Shown here piece after piece: positions 9,881 to 21,880 of a stretch of 32,000 nucleotides of DNA. The notes below the pieces were generated by a model, which saw only the letters and a list, made by a program, of their open reading frames with translations, did not search any database and was not told where the DNA came from. The position numbers were made by a program, and so were the translations under genes. Source of the stretch: Candidatus Saccharimonadota bacterium (GTDB lineage Bacteria > Patescibacteriota > Gracilibacteria > Absconditabacterales > Absconditicoccaceae); contig CP006913.1 in the NCBI GenBank assembly GCA_000503875.1, positions 180,001 to 212,000 of the forward strand, in the 5' to 3' direction. Numbering within the stretch: the first letter of the stretch is position 1; every line of letters starts with the position of its first letter.

Positions 9881-11269
9881 TTACCAACACAAGAAACATC
9901 TTTTCTTTTTTCTCAACCACCATTTAGACTGCCTAGTTAGAAACCTTGCGTCATCCTTATTTTTTAACAATTCTTTTACTGTTTCTTCCAAGAAAATGGT
10001 ATTTTGACTTCCTTTTAAAACCAAGAGAGGAGCGTTATCTTCAAATTCTTTATTTGCAAGCATTTTTTTGAGAATAGATGAAGTCTCCAAACAGTTTGAA
10101 AATCTATACATTTTACTTGGTTCATATCATATTTTATTGAGTTCGTCAGCCATCACGGAAGTCATCTGTTCTCATATCAAGAAAATACGATCAGCGACTT
10201 GGCTAACATAAGCAGCTAATAATCTATGTTCACGTTCGGTAAAATCCCCAAGTTCTCTCATATCTCACAGTACCAACCACAATGGACGCTCTTTATAAAG
10301 CTCTTGTTTGAGTGACCACACCGTAGAAATAATACTTTTCATACTCAAAGGCGATGCATTGTAAGTCGAATCAAAAAGAATGGTGTTTTGAATTCCAGGA
10401 AACACAGAAAATCTTCCCGGCTGCAAGATATAATTTAACGAAAGATTGCTTGCGAAATCTTTTTTATGATAATTCTCCATTGATTTAAAGAATTTTTTAC
10501 TTGCTTTATATCAAACAATATCTGCAATCGCTAGCGCTACTCAAATATATCCATAATTAGATTTTCCAAAAAGATTGGTAGTTATGGTATGTTTTTTTTC
10601 TTTTATCCATAGATTAAATTCTGAATTTGGAATTTCGTTTGTTTTTTCAAAGACAATATTATCGAAATAAATATCAGATTTTGTTTTATGTCCTTCTGTT
10701 TGATAGGTAAAGGTATCGATATCAATATGTTTTGCCAATTGCATAGCATAGTTATCATTGAAATTTAAGAAAGCAATTTCTTTGGTATTTTTGATCATTT
10801 TAACTTCTTCATGAGCGATAGCTGCAGGATCTCCAAATTGCTCACTATGCACAGCATCAATAGCAGTAAAGACACCAATATCAGGTTTGGCGATACTTAC
10901 CAAAAATTCCATTTCTTTGGGACGATCGATTCCATATTCCAAGACAATAATATCATACGGCTTTTTCCCAAACAAAAGTTTCCAAGAAGTTTTAATCAAT
11001 ACCCAAAGGAAAATAATTGGGTTTGGTGACCAGGATTCAATTTCAAAAATACTGAGAGATAAGCCTAATTCTCCGTTGAAATTTTTGCTAGATGTCGAGA
11101 TTTTCAGTGTAGGAAAAAAATGCTGAAGTGTCTGAGTAATAATCATACGACATGATGTTTTACCTACACTTCAATTGATTCCTATAATATATGGATTATG
11201 CTTTTTGAGATAACGGCGAGCCAATCATCAAAGAAGTTGATAATAGAGAAAAAGGATCTTTTGTTTCAT
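9881..11269 (-). CDS. murF: UDP-N-acetylmuramoyl-tripeptide--D-alanyl-D-alanine ligase (Mur ligase family)
   Basis: ORF-track pieces 9881..10111, 10265..10480 and 10541..11146 are in one frame. N-terminal extension reaches the ATG at 11269. P-loop GINGSVGKTS; YGIDRPKEMEF; DAVHSEQFG. 462 aa. Confidence 0.85.
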
Positions 11270-11272
11270 GAA

Positions 11273-12529
11273 TTAATCGAAGTCTTTTTCAAATAAAAGA
11301 GTAATAATAGCAGCAATAGGTACTGCAAGAAGTACACCAACCAATCCCATAATCATACCTCATAAGATCATGGAAATAAAGATAACAACTGTATTTATTC
11401 CAAGTGTTTTATTCATAAGTAAGGGAACCATAACATTATTTTCGATAGTATTAATCAAGAATGTAATTCAAAATAACAATGCTCATCCCCAGAATCAAAC
11501 ACCCATTAATCAAGCCAGGATAACTGGGATACTTCCAACAATAGGACCTATATAAGGAATAATATCCAGCAATCCAAAAATCAATGATACGGACACTTTA
11601 TTGGGAATGCTTATTCCAAAAAGCTCCAAAATCCAAAGAGAAACATATAAAGCAATAGCCATATATAAAGAAAGTAATAATCTTGATTTTAACCAGATTC
11701 CAAGTTTTTTATAAATTTTTTCGAGTTTAATATATATGTATTTGTATTTTCTTTCACCGCCTAAACTAGCAATAAATTTCATCACAGAAACTTTTTCTAT
11801 AGAGAAGAGAACTGAAAGGGTAATAACGATCAAACTTTTGGTCAAAAACGTTGCAAATCAAGTTACAAAATTTACTGCAAAATTTCCAATCATTTGTGCG
11901 TAGCTTGACCACATATTAGATAATTCAACCAAACTTGTTTGTAATTTGGTTTGTATATTAGTAATAAGTGCGGGATCAGAAAAATTATGGAAAATTTCTT
12001 TCTCAACATAGTGAGAGAGGAGTCCACTTGATCTCAATACTTCAACCAATCCCTTATCTTGCAAAGCTAATTGAAAAGCATTCATTTTTATCAAGAAAAG
12101 ATTGATAATTTCAGTCATTTGATTTGCTACAAACGGAACAATCAATACAACTCCAGAAAGTAAGAAAACAGCAAGAAGAAAATATGCAATAGTAATAGAA
12201 ATTCCTCTAGTAGCCTTCCAACGTTGGAAAATATCAATAACTGCTTCCATAGCAATAGAAACGATATATGCTGTTAGGATAAGATACAATACATCAAGCG
12301 ATTTAAATAAAATAAATCACAAGAAAACCATAAGCATCCCAACAAACCAAAATTTGATAAAGTGTCTGTTGGTAATCATCATGTCTTTTTTTTCTTTTTT
12401 TTCTTCTTCTTGAAGAGATTGGATTTGCTTTTCCAATTTTTTGATTTCATCAAGTTGTTGCTTATCAGCTGGAGAAATCTTGCTTAAAAAGTTTTTTCCA
12501 TGGTCTATTAGATTGCCGAAGAGTTTCAT
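11273..12529 (-). CDS. AI-2E family transporter (PerM/UPF0118-like permease)
   Basis: Pieces 12317..12529, 11858..12289 and 11510..11845 are in one frame. Multi-TM protein with LDIIPYIGPIVGSIP and C-terminal GLVGVLLAVPIAA motifs. TAA at 11273-11275. Confidence 0.8.
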
Positions 12530-12912
12530 AAATGCTTAGATAAAGCGGTAAAACTTTGAGTGAAATAGTTTTGTATACGGAGAATAATATTTTTTTTCTC
12601 CATCTTTTCAAATTCTTTTTGCAAAAGAGGAAGCTTATTCTTATTGAGGGTAATAAAGATTTTCTGATGTTTTGCAAGAAGTCATTTCTTTGTTAATGTT
12701 TCAGCTTGCTTGATAACAGCTCTTTTTAGTACGTTTCTAGCGGTTGCATTTTTGTCGTATTTTATTGAAACATGGAAAGAAATCTGATTATAATTACGAT
12801 TTGAATATTGATTGATAAAAAAGAAACCAAAGAATCAATACGAGAAATAAGTTTTTTTCTTGGTAAGAAAGAGAACGTCTTTGGTATTTAATCTTTGATA
12901 TTTTGGAAACAT
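12508..12912 (-). CDS. rnpA: ribonuclease P protein component
   Basis: MFPKYQRLNTKDVLFLTKK...SIKYDKNATARNVLKRAVIKQ shows the RNase P protein RNR-like motif. 134 aa with 3 sense TGAs. All pieces are under 60 aa, so it is absent from the ORF track. Overlaps the permease start by 22 nt. Confidence 0.7.
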
Positions 12913-12933
12913 ACGTGATAAATAAGGTAAATG

Positions 12934-13380
12934 TTATATAAGACTAGAATCATTAATTTTATCTAATCTTTCTTTATTGAATGACTTATCTTTTTGTTCG
13001 AAAATGGTTTGTGTTTGATCGCCACCTTTAGCTCTTTTCATAGTTGTTTTTAATGGGTCAACCTTATCATAATTTGCTTGAAATTTTCTTGGAGAATCAA
13101 AAAAAAGATTCCTAACCAGCTTTGCAACAAAAGCAATCAATCCTAATTCTGACATTTTGAAAAAAGCCACAAAAACGAAAATCAAAAGGACAAGAACAGC
13201 TAATAATGCTCAGATAGCTTTCCCTCCTGATTTGGAAAAGGTGTTGAAAATAGCCATTGCTGCCGCTACACCAACTCCCACAACAAAAAGTTGTACAATA
13301 GATAGCGTGATAGGACCAATTTGAAAGGTCATACCAGCAAGCATTCCTTTTTGAATATTTTTTGGAAAAACAACTTTCAT
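12934..13380 (-). CDS. PrgI-family-like small membrane protein
   Basis: MKVVFPKNIQKGMLAGMTFQIGPITLSIVQL, then two TM segments, then LVRNLFFDSPRKFQ. This layout is typical of the PrgI family proteins common in CPR genomes. One sense TGA. Confidence 0.5.
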
Positions 13381-13627
13381 AATATAAATAGAATATAAAC
13401 TAGTAGCTATCGACTAAGCTATCAAACAATAGTGTAGTGTTATTTCAGAAAAATACAAATTTTCCAACAACCATTTTATTTAAAAAGTTATACAATATTG
13501 ACTATACTGATTTTTTTGGACATTGGTACTTGAATATATTCGCTGGGGTTGACAATTCTGGGGGAATATATAAATTCCAAAGATATGATTTTTTAAGCAA
13601 ACAATATTTATTACTTACACATCTTCG

Positions 13628-14566
13628 ATGGAAAAAGTGATTATCATAGGATCAGGACCTGCAGGTCATACCGCTGCAATCTATGCGGCGAGGGCGAATA
13701 TGCAGCCACTGATGTTCGAAGGCTTTATGGCAGGAGGTATCGCCGCCGGAGGACAACTTACTACCACTACCGTTATCGAGAATTTTCCAGGATTCCCTAC
13801 GGGAATAGACGGAAACGAATTGATGATAAATATGAGACAACAATCAATAAACTCTGGTACGAGAATCGAAACCATGACCGTTGATAAAATTGATCTGAAT
13901 TCTTCTCCTTTCAAAGTAGAAGCAGGATGACAAATATACGAAGCTAAATCATTGATTATAGCTACTTGAGCTATCGCTCAACGTATGGGAATTCCCGGTG
14001 AAGACAAATATTGGCAAAAAGGAATCTCAGCATGCGCGGTATGCGACGGCGCCTTGCCATTATTCCGCAACAAACCATTGATCGTAATCGGAGGAGGTGA
14101 CTCAGCAATCGAAGAAGCAAATCATCTTACTCACTTTGCATCAAAAGTTATTATACTTGTTAGAAGAGATCAATTTAGAGCTTCGCAAGCGATGCAAAAA
14201 AGAGCATTAGAAAATCCCAAAATAGAAATTATGCGAAATACTGAGGCTCTGGAAGCCGTAGGAGAAAATTTGCTTACGGGAGTTAAAGTAAAAAACAATA
14301 CAACCAACCAAGAATCATTGATTGAAGCAGCTGGACTCTTTTATGCCATCGGGCACAAACCCAATACCGCATTCTTAGAAGGACAAGTTGCTACAGATGA
14401 TATGGGATATATCGTTACGTCGCCAGGTACCACCCAAACCTCTGTGCCCGGAGTTTTCGCCGCAGGAGATGTGCAAGACAAAAAATATCGTCAAGCAATT
14501 ACCTCTGCTGGTACGGGATGTATGGCAGCTTTGGAAGCTGAGAAACGAATATCTGAACACAACTAA
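13628..14566 (+). CDS. trxB: thioredoxin-disulfide reductase
   Basis: [22 protein letters not shown] redox centre, [17 protein letters not shown]. Pieces 13628..13930 and 13985..14566 join through TGAs at 13928 and 13967. Confidence 0.95.
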
Positions 14567-14597
14567 AAAAAGTCTTTTATTATTAATTATTATAAAA

Positions 14598-14951
14598 ATG
14601 AGTGTACTTCATATCGAAAGCACAGAACAATTTAAAACACAAGTATTAGAATCTGATACATTATCAGTTATTGATTTCCGAGCAGAATGGTGTGGACCAT
14701 GTAGAATGCTAGGACCTATTATGGAAGAACTTGCAGTTGATAATGCAGGTAAAGCCGTACAAATTGTAAAAATCAATGTAGACGAACAACCAGCATTAGC
14801 AGGTTCATTTGGTGTTTCTTCTATTCCAGCTGTTTTCTTTGTAAAAGGAGGAAAAGTAGTTGATGCAATGGTAGGAGCTATGCCAAAAAATATGTTTCAA
14901 GCAAAAATTGATCAACACGCAGGTGCTGCAGAACAAAAAGCTGCAGCTTAA
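14598..14951 (+). CDS. trxA: thioredoxin
   Basis: WCGPC active site. 117 aa from the ATG at 14598, inside the longer ORF-track ORF 14388..14951. Confidence 0.95.
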   Translation: MSVLHIESTEQFKTQVLESDTLSVIDFRAEWCGPCRMLGPIMEELAVDNAGKAVQIVKINVDEQPALAGSFGVSSIPAVFFVKGGKVVDAMVGAMPKNMFQAKIDQHAGAAEQKAAA

Positions 14952-14969
14952 TCAAAAAATATAAAGAAG

Positions 14970-14997
14970 AAACGTTGCCTAATGCAGCGTTTTTTTA
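14970..14997 (+). terminator. rho-independent terminator after trxA
   Basis: ACGTTGC-ctaat-GCAGCGT hairpin followed by a T6 run. Confidence 0.55.
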
Positions 14998-15000
14998 ATA

Positions 15001-15036
15001 AACAAAAAAGACGACACTGGTTTCAGCATCGTCTTT
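15001..15036 (-). terminator. terminator for the 15047..15439 gene
   Basis: AAAGACGA...TCGTCTTT hairpin followed by a T run on the minus strand. Confidence 0.5.
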
Positions 15037-15046
15037 AACATAATTT

Positions 15047-15439
15047 TTAATCATTGAGCTCTTCCATCTTTTTGACTGTCATTACCAATATTTTGGGACC
15101 TCGGGGAGCCAGTACACAGGTATCAATACTCACCATAAGATAATACTCTTCTTCATAGCTTTCAAGACCATACCGATAAAAAGCTTCATCATTTTGTGCA
15201 ACGAAATATTCTTTCTCGCCCAATTTGATTTTGTATTCAGCTTTTTCGATAGCTTCCTCATTAAATTGCTCAAAGAGGTATCTGTAGGTTGGCTCCAGAA
15301 TGATAATTTTTTTGTCAAAATCAATATTATCGATTAATTTCTGAAGTTCATGATCTTTTTTTTCTTTCCAACTTTTACAGGAAGAAAGTAAAAGCAAAGA
15401 AAGAAAAAGTATTATCACTATACGAGTACTTTGTTTCAT
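15047..15439 (-). CDS. lipoprotein, hypothetical
   Basis: Signal peptide with lipobox LLLLSSC. No TGA. TAA stop. Confidence 0.7.
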   Translation of the reverse strand: MKQSTRIVIILFLSLLLLSSCKSWKEKKDHELQKLIDNIDFDKKIIILEPTYRYLFEQFNEEAIEKAEYKIKLGEKEYFVAQNDEAFYRYGLESYEEEYYLMVSIDTCVLAPRGPKILVMTVKKMEELND

Positions 15440-15585
15440 ATTTTAGATCTCCTTTATTTAGTTTGTGTTTTATTTTTCTAAAGAATATATATTAGGAAGA
15501 ATAAGTCAATAAAAATAGCAATGATATTGATTTTGTGGTAAAAATAGATAAAACAACAAAAAGATTTATCTTTTTCTAAGGTTTC

Positions 15586-17094
15586 ATGCCAATTAATACA
15601 CCTTCGAATGGATCAGATTTTCCTCACAAATATCACAAAGTTGCCAATGGTGAACCTATTCGCCAAGTTTTGGATAAGCCACAAGAAGATAAAATTGTTG
15701 ACAATCAAGCGCAAAGACAAGAAACTTTGATCGCTAGCAAAAAAATCAAAAAGATGGAAGGACTTCCAGAAAATCTCAAAGCGAACCAAAATACCAACGA
15801 ATTATATAAAATTCTTCAGATTGCCTGTTCTGACCCTAGATATTTTTTTGTAGATAATGGAAGGTTAATTTTTGATAAACAATCAGCGGAACATAATCAT
15901 AAAATCTATAAAGAACTTGTAGATGACGTAGTAATTGTACCCTCAACACTCCCCGAATCATTTATTCAACAGTTCGGTATTGATCATATAGATGATAATG
16001 CTCAAAACATCAAAAATATTTTTAAATGAGCAAAACCTTTGCATTATGTAGATGAAACCAAAGGAAAATACACCAACAGAGTATTGTTTTATCAAGGAAA
16101 AATAATTATTTTTAGAACAATCAAAACAATGCTTTCCTACGATGATCCTAATACGGTTGGTGAAAAAAGGAAATATGATACCAACAAATATTTCAATACG
16201 TATTGAAGTTTATACGACGCAATTAGAAGTCAAGAATACATAATGGAAAACCAAGATCAGAGTGCTAACGAATTTAAAGAAATTCAAGAAAAAATAATAG
16301 AACTTATTGTAGAAATTAAAATAGATATCAAAAATGGTGAAATACTCAGAAAACTTGACAATATCAAAGAGGAAATAAAAAACGCAAAATCTCACCATAT
16401 TGTTGCAGCACAAATTCATAATATGACTAATATCATATGAAGACATTCCGAAAGAGAAAAACGATATCTTATATGAGCAAAAAATAAATTTTCCAAAAGA
16501 ATTGCAGAAATCAAACAATATGTGGCAATGATAGATATTCAAACCAATGAAATGAACAATATTCGTCATGAACTAGAATATCTCTTGGAAATGTTGGATA
16601 TGGGAATGAATATTAATGTTGCATTTGATGGATCCAAAAACGAACAAATCTTGCGAGTGTTTCAAAGATTTTTTGAGGCAGTCAAAAAATTAGATTATAT
16701 CCCAGATCCCTTTGCCAAATTTTTTCATCAAATTTTTACGAGTTTAGGAAAATCATTGGATGATATAAAAAAGGTTCCTGTGGAAGAATTTGTCTCAAAA
16801 GCATTGATGTTATTTGCATTACAAAGAATAGGAAAAAATATTATGAATATAGAACATGCAATTAAATTAGGTAAAAAAACATACCAAGATATCAATATTA
16901 AAGAGGAATTAGATAGTATCAAAAGAATAGCCGAATATCCGCAAATTCAAGAAAAATATGATGCAGTATTATTTACAATACAAGAAGAAATAGATGATTT
17001 AGAGCTCTTGATGAAACAGCCAGAAAATCAGGAAGATAAAATTCAAAAAAGTTGGGATCTGCTAAAGGAGATATCAACAACTATTTTATTCTAG
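15586..17094 (+). CDS. hypothetical protein, 502 aa, coiled-coil-rich C-terminal half
   Basis: ORF-track pieces 15586..16029, 16243..16440 and 16522..17094 are in one frame and join through 4 sense TGAs. No TAA or TAG lies between them. Confidence 0.7.
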
Positions 17095-17286
17095 AGATTT
17101 TTCGAAATTATTTCTGACCTCACACGCCTTTCTTTTTTCTTCATCACACCCAGAACAAAGAATTTCCAAAAGGCATTTGCTACAATTTTCTTTGAAATGA
17201 AAATGGTGTCATCTGGTATCTATAATACCAAGATTTTCATTAAAACGTAATCATTTTTCACAGACAACATCTTGTTTGTGGTCCAT
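17086..17286 (-). CDS. possible small Cys-rich protein (66 aa)
   Basis: MDHKQDVVCEKGLRF..HHFHFKENCSKCLLEILCSGCDEEKRKAC, with 2 sense TGAs. Overlaps the convergent gene by 9 nt. Coding status is uncertain. Confidence 0.3.
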
Positions 17287-17487
17287 AGGTTTACGATCAA
17301 TGATAAATTATCGAATAGAGTATAGAGAATTGCAAAATAATAGCAATTATACTATTTTTTGACAAACTATACCATTTTTTCCAAAATTTACACGGTAAAT
17401 CAAAAGAGAATCTATTATATTTTTGAGTTTTTCCATTTTTTCAGTAAAATGTAGATACTAAGCTTTTATTTTATAACTTAGTATATT

Positions 17488-17991
17488 ATGGATATTGTTC
17501 AAAAAGATCCTTTTAAACCATTAAGAGCCAAAGAATCTTATTTTATGAAAAAATTTGCTGATTATCCACAAATAACAGCAAAAGATATTATGATAAAACC
17601 TATTTTTCTTTATGAAGATGATGATATTGAAACTATTTTAGGGAAACTTAAGGCAGAAGATATTAATTATTGTATTGTTGTAGATAAAGAAAATAAATTT
17701 CTATGAGAAATAAAAGATGAAGATATTATCAAAATTATAGCTCATTCTTCAGTAAATGAGCCACTAGTTGAAATCCTAGATATATGATATAAAAGAAGTA
17801 TTAATTATACCTCTACAAAAGATTATCTTAAAAAATATGACAATATCGTGCAAGAGGATACCCGTTTGTTTGATATTATGAAAATAATTGATAAAAAATG
17901 ATATCATTATATCCCTGTTATAAACATTGAGAAAAAGGTCGTAGGATTGATTACGCCAAGTAGTATTCTTCGTTTTATTGTTAAAAGATAA
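17488..17991 (+). CDS. CBS-domain pair protein
   Basis: Two CBS-like units (ITAKDIMIKPIFL...CIVVDKENKFLGEI and ...YHYIPVINIEKKVVGLITPSSILR). 3 sense TGAs. Confidence 0.75.
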
Positions 17992-18011
17992 TTTATTCAA
18001 TAATTATAGGT

Positions 18012-18944
18012 ATGATAACCAATATATTTGTTTTAGCAGTTTCAATATTTTTGATTATAAAATGAGCTATGCTCTCTACAAAATATGCAGTAAAATTTGC
18101 AGAAAATTTTCAAGTATCAAAATTTCTTGTAGGATTAATTATTGTGGCGGTTATTTCTATTTTACCAGAAACATTTATTTCTATTAATTCAGTTCTTAGC
18201 GGTGTTCCAGAATTGTGATTAGGAACACTATTTGGTTCTAATGTTGCTGATCTTACCTTAGCGTTTGGAATTATTGTTCTCTTTTCAGGAAGAAAAAATA
18301 TAAAAATAGAAAATAAAATATTAAAAAGTAATGCGATCTTCCCGTTCTTTTTGTTGTTACCGATTATTTTATGATTGGATGGTCATTATGGACGATTAGA
18401 ATGATTGGGTCTTATTTTGATTGGTGTTTTCTTTTATTATTATGCATTTAAAAATGGAGTAAATGAGGCTCCAGCAATAAGAGAAAAAGGGAATCGCCTC
18501 ACTAACTTTTTATGTTTGATAGGAAGTATTTCGTTATTGCTTGTTGGAGCTCATTTCGCAGTTGATTCAGGTGTACAAATAGCAACAACATTAGGATTTA
18601 GTCCAGTATTGATATGAATTTTGGTGATAGGATTGGGAACAGTAATTCCAGAGCTTCTTTTTGCTTTTCAAGCGGTGAAAAAATATGATGATTCTTTGGC
18701 TGTAGGAGATATTTTGGGAACGGTCCTTGCTGATGCAACCATAGTTGTAGGAATTATAGCAATTATTAAGCCATTCTATTTTCCTTGGAAAATTATCGGT
18801 ATAACGTGAGCGTTTATGATGATGGCAGCATTTATTACTTCGTATCTTATGCATACAGGGAAAACGCTAACCAAAAGAGAGGGCGTCTTTCTTATTCTGT
18901 ATTGGCTAACCTTTGTTATTACTGAGTATTTCGTAAATACCTAA
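18012..18944 (+). CDS. Ca2+/Na+ (CaCA family, YrbG-like) antiporter
   Basis: Two alpha-repeats, GLGTLFGSNVADL and GLGTVIPELL..GDILGTVLAD. 310 aa with about 10 TM segments. Pieces 18405.. and 18621.. are in frame with the ATG at 18012. Confidence 0.85.
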
Positions 18945-18967
18945 TTTATCTTTTTAAAAAAGAAACG

Positions 18968-19198
18968 ATGATAAAAAATCTCAAAAAAAGACTTATTCAA
19001 TTAAGAAAATCAGATTCTAATCTGAATATGATTGTTATTGTAATTGCTGTTGTAATGATTTGGAGAGGGGTTCGATGAATTTTGGATACGTTCTTATTTC
19101 CAAATTATCCTCTAGTAAGCTATATTGTTTCCTTGGGATTGGGAATAGTGATTTTGTTGCTTGATAATCAGAAATTAGATGAACTCTCTCATCATTAA
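18968..19198 (+). CDS. small membrane protein, hypothetical (76 aa)
   Basis: ATG..TAA with two hydrophobic segments and 1 sense TGA. Sits between the antiporter and the ATPase. Confidence 0.4.
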
Positions 19199-19229
19199 TA
19201 GATTCTTTACTACATTATTCTACTACTAA

Positions 19230-21809
19230 ATGAATTGGTACCAATTATCTCTTTCATCTTTGTATAAAGAGCTTAAGACAACTTCTCATGGATTATCTTC
19301 CAAAGAAGCGCTTTTGAGATTGGAGACCCATGGAAAAAATATGATCAAGGAAAAAGAAAATAATCCTGCGTGGAAAATATTTTTGAGTCAATTTACTTCG
19401 GCATTGGTACTTATTTTGTTGGCTGCTACTGTTGTTTCTGCTATTATTGGAGAAATAACTGATGCAAGTATTATTTTGGCGGTAGTTGTCCTCAATGCTG
19501 TTTTTGGATTTATTCAAGAATACAAAGCGGATAAAGCTATAGAATCGCTCAAAAAAATGGCAGGTCTCAAATCAAAAGTCCTGAGAGATGGAAAAGAACA
19601 TCTTATTGATTCGTCAGAATTAACTATTTGAGATATAATTCTCCTAGATACGGGAGATAAAATTCCTGCAGACGCCAGAATTATCGAAGCAGTAAACTTG
19701 GAAATCCAAGAATCTATCCTTACCGGAGAATCACTCTCGGTAGCAAAACATACGCAAGTGCTTGAAAAAGTAGGCGCACTTTGAGATATCAAAAATATGG
19801 TCTTTAGTGGAACAATTGTAACAAAAGGAAGGGGTAAAGCAGTTGTTTGTGCTATCGGTATGGATACGGAAATAGGAAAAATTGCAGAAATGATGCAGGA
19901 AACTCCAGACAAAAAGACCAATCTCGAAAAAAAACTCAATGGATTAAGCAAAGGACTTGGAATTGCAACTGTCTTTATTTGTATTATTATTTTTCTCACG
20001 TATTTTTTTGTTAGAGATATTGAAATTCATGAAGCATTTTTGATTGCGGTAGCCTTGGCTGTTGCTGCAATTCCAGAAGGATTACCTGCTGTTGTTACGA
20101 TTTCACTCTGACTTGGAGTCAAAAGATTCGTCAAAAAAAATGTCTTGGTAAGGAGGCTTTCCTCGGTAGAAACACTTTGATCGGTAAATGTCATCTGCAC
20201 AGACAAAACGGGAACGCTTACCAAAAACGAAATGACGGTAACCAAGTTATTTGTAAATAATCATATTGTTGATGTTACGTGAACAGGATACAAAATTGAA
20301 GGAGATTTTTCTCACAATCCAGATGATTTTATGACTTTGTTGGAAATTGGAATATTATGTAATAATTCTAAATTGGAAGGAGAAATGATTATCTGAGATC
20401 CTACCGAAGGAGCGCTCATTGTAAGTGCTTTAAAAGGAGGTATAGATCATCAAAATCTTTTGAAAACACATGAATGGAATGGAGAAAACCCATTTGATAG
20501 CGAAAGAAAAATGATGAGTGCTTTGTATATGCGTCAAAATCAGCAAATTATTTTTACCAAAGGAGCAATAGAAAATCTGCTTCCAAAGTGTAATCAAATA
20601 CTCATCAATGGAAAATTAGAACCATTGGATCATAAAGAAAAAGAAAAAATATTACATATCGCAGGAGAATTTTCTGCACAAGCACTCAGAGTTCTTTGAT
20701 TTGCCTATGGTTATGGAAATGAAGAACAACAGCTAATTTTTGTAGGACTGCAAGCAATGATTGATCCACCAAGAGATGAAGTCAAAGACGCAATGCAAAG
20801 ATGTGCAACAGCAGGAATTAGAGTAATTATGATTACCGGAGATAACTTGATTACTGCCAAAGCAATAGCAACAGAACTATGAATCAAAGGAGAGGCAATG
20901 ACCGGTGAGGAATTTGAAAAAGCTCCAAACAAAGAGCAACTTCTCCAATCTATAGGAATCTTTGCAAGAGTAAATCCAGCACATAAACAGACTATCGTCA
21001 AAATATTACAATCTCAAGGAAATGTCGTAGCGATGACCGGAGATGGAGTAAATGATGCTCCAGCATTGAAAATGGCTGATATCGGAATAGGAATGGGAAT
21101 CACGGGAACCGATGTCACCAAAGAAGCCGCAGATATGATTTTGATTGATGATAATTTCACTTCAATCGTAAACGCAGTCCAAGAAGGAAGAGGAATCTAT
21201 GACAATATCCAAAAATTTGTAAATTATCTCTTGGCAAGTAATATTGGAGAAATTCTTATTCTTTTTGTTGCGAGTTTGGCAGGACTTCCTTTGCCACTTT
21301 TGGCAATACACTTGCTCTGGATTAATTTAGTTACCGATGGACTACCAGCCATAGCGCTCGGCATAGATCCTGTTAATCCTGATGTTATGAAGCACCATCC
21401 AAGAAAATCATCAGAGTCTATCGTTTCGCAAAAAATGATGATCAATATCGCTATCCTATCTTCTATTATGACAATTGCAGCGTTATTCCTATTTTTCAGA
21501 CATCATGATACTGATATTGTCCAAGCAAGAAGTGGCGTTTTTGTTCTCCTTGTGTTTATTGAACTTATCAAAATACAAATAATCAGATCACAATATGGAT
21601 TGGGTATTCTTTCAAATAAACGATTGTTGTTGGCGGTAAGTGTTTCCATGGCTTTGGTATTGGCTGTGGTGTATATCCCAGGAGTTAATACCTTGTTTGA
21701 ACTAACACCATTATCTATGGATATTTGGATGGATATAGGAGTTGCAATATGAGTATTGATAATCGTTTGAATAGTATTGAGTAAATTTATGAGAAAAATA
21801 AGCAGATAG
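19230..21809 (+). CDS. P-type Ca2+-transporting ATPase (type IIA-like), 859 aa
   Basis: [23 protein letters not shown] and [13 protein letters not shown] motifs. Pieces 19230, 19797, 20460 and 20898 are in one frame with 10 sense TGAs. TAG at 21807-21809. Confidence 0.9.
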
Positions 21810-21880
21810 TGATGAAATTTGACAAATAACAATAATTGGAATACAATAATATATATCAGATTTATTTTTGTTGAAAAGAT

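Noticed and set aside
12465-12677. ORF-track ORF 12465..12677 (70 aa, minus strand) as a gene.
   Set aside because: It is the +1 frame of the same DNA that encodes a recognisable RNase P protein (12508..12912) under code 25. Its own product is low-complexity and basic with no homology signal.
13417-13429. The shared 13-mer agctatcaaacaa upstream of two minus-strand genes (13417-13429 and 24548-24560) as a regulatory site.
   Set aside because: A rough expectation for chance 13-mer matches within 32 kb of AT-rich sequence is well above one. The distance to the start codon also differs (about 40 versus 70 nt).
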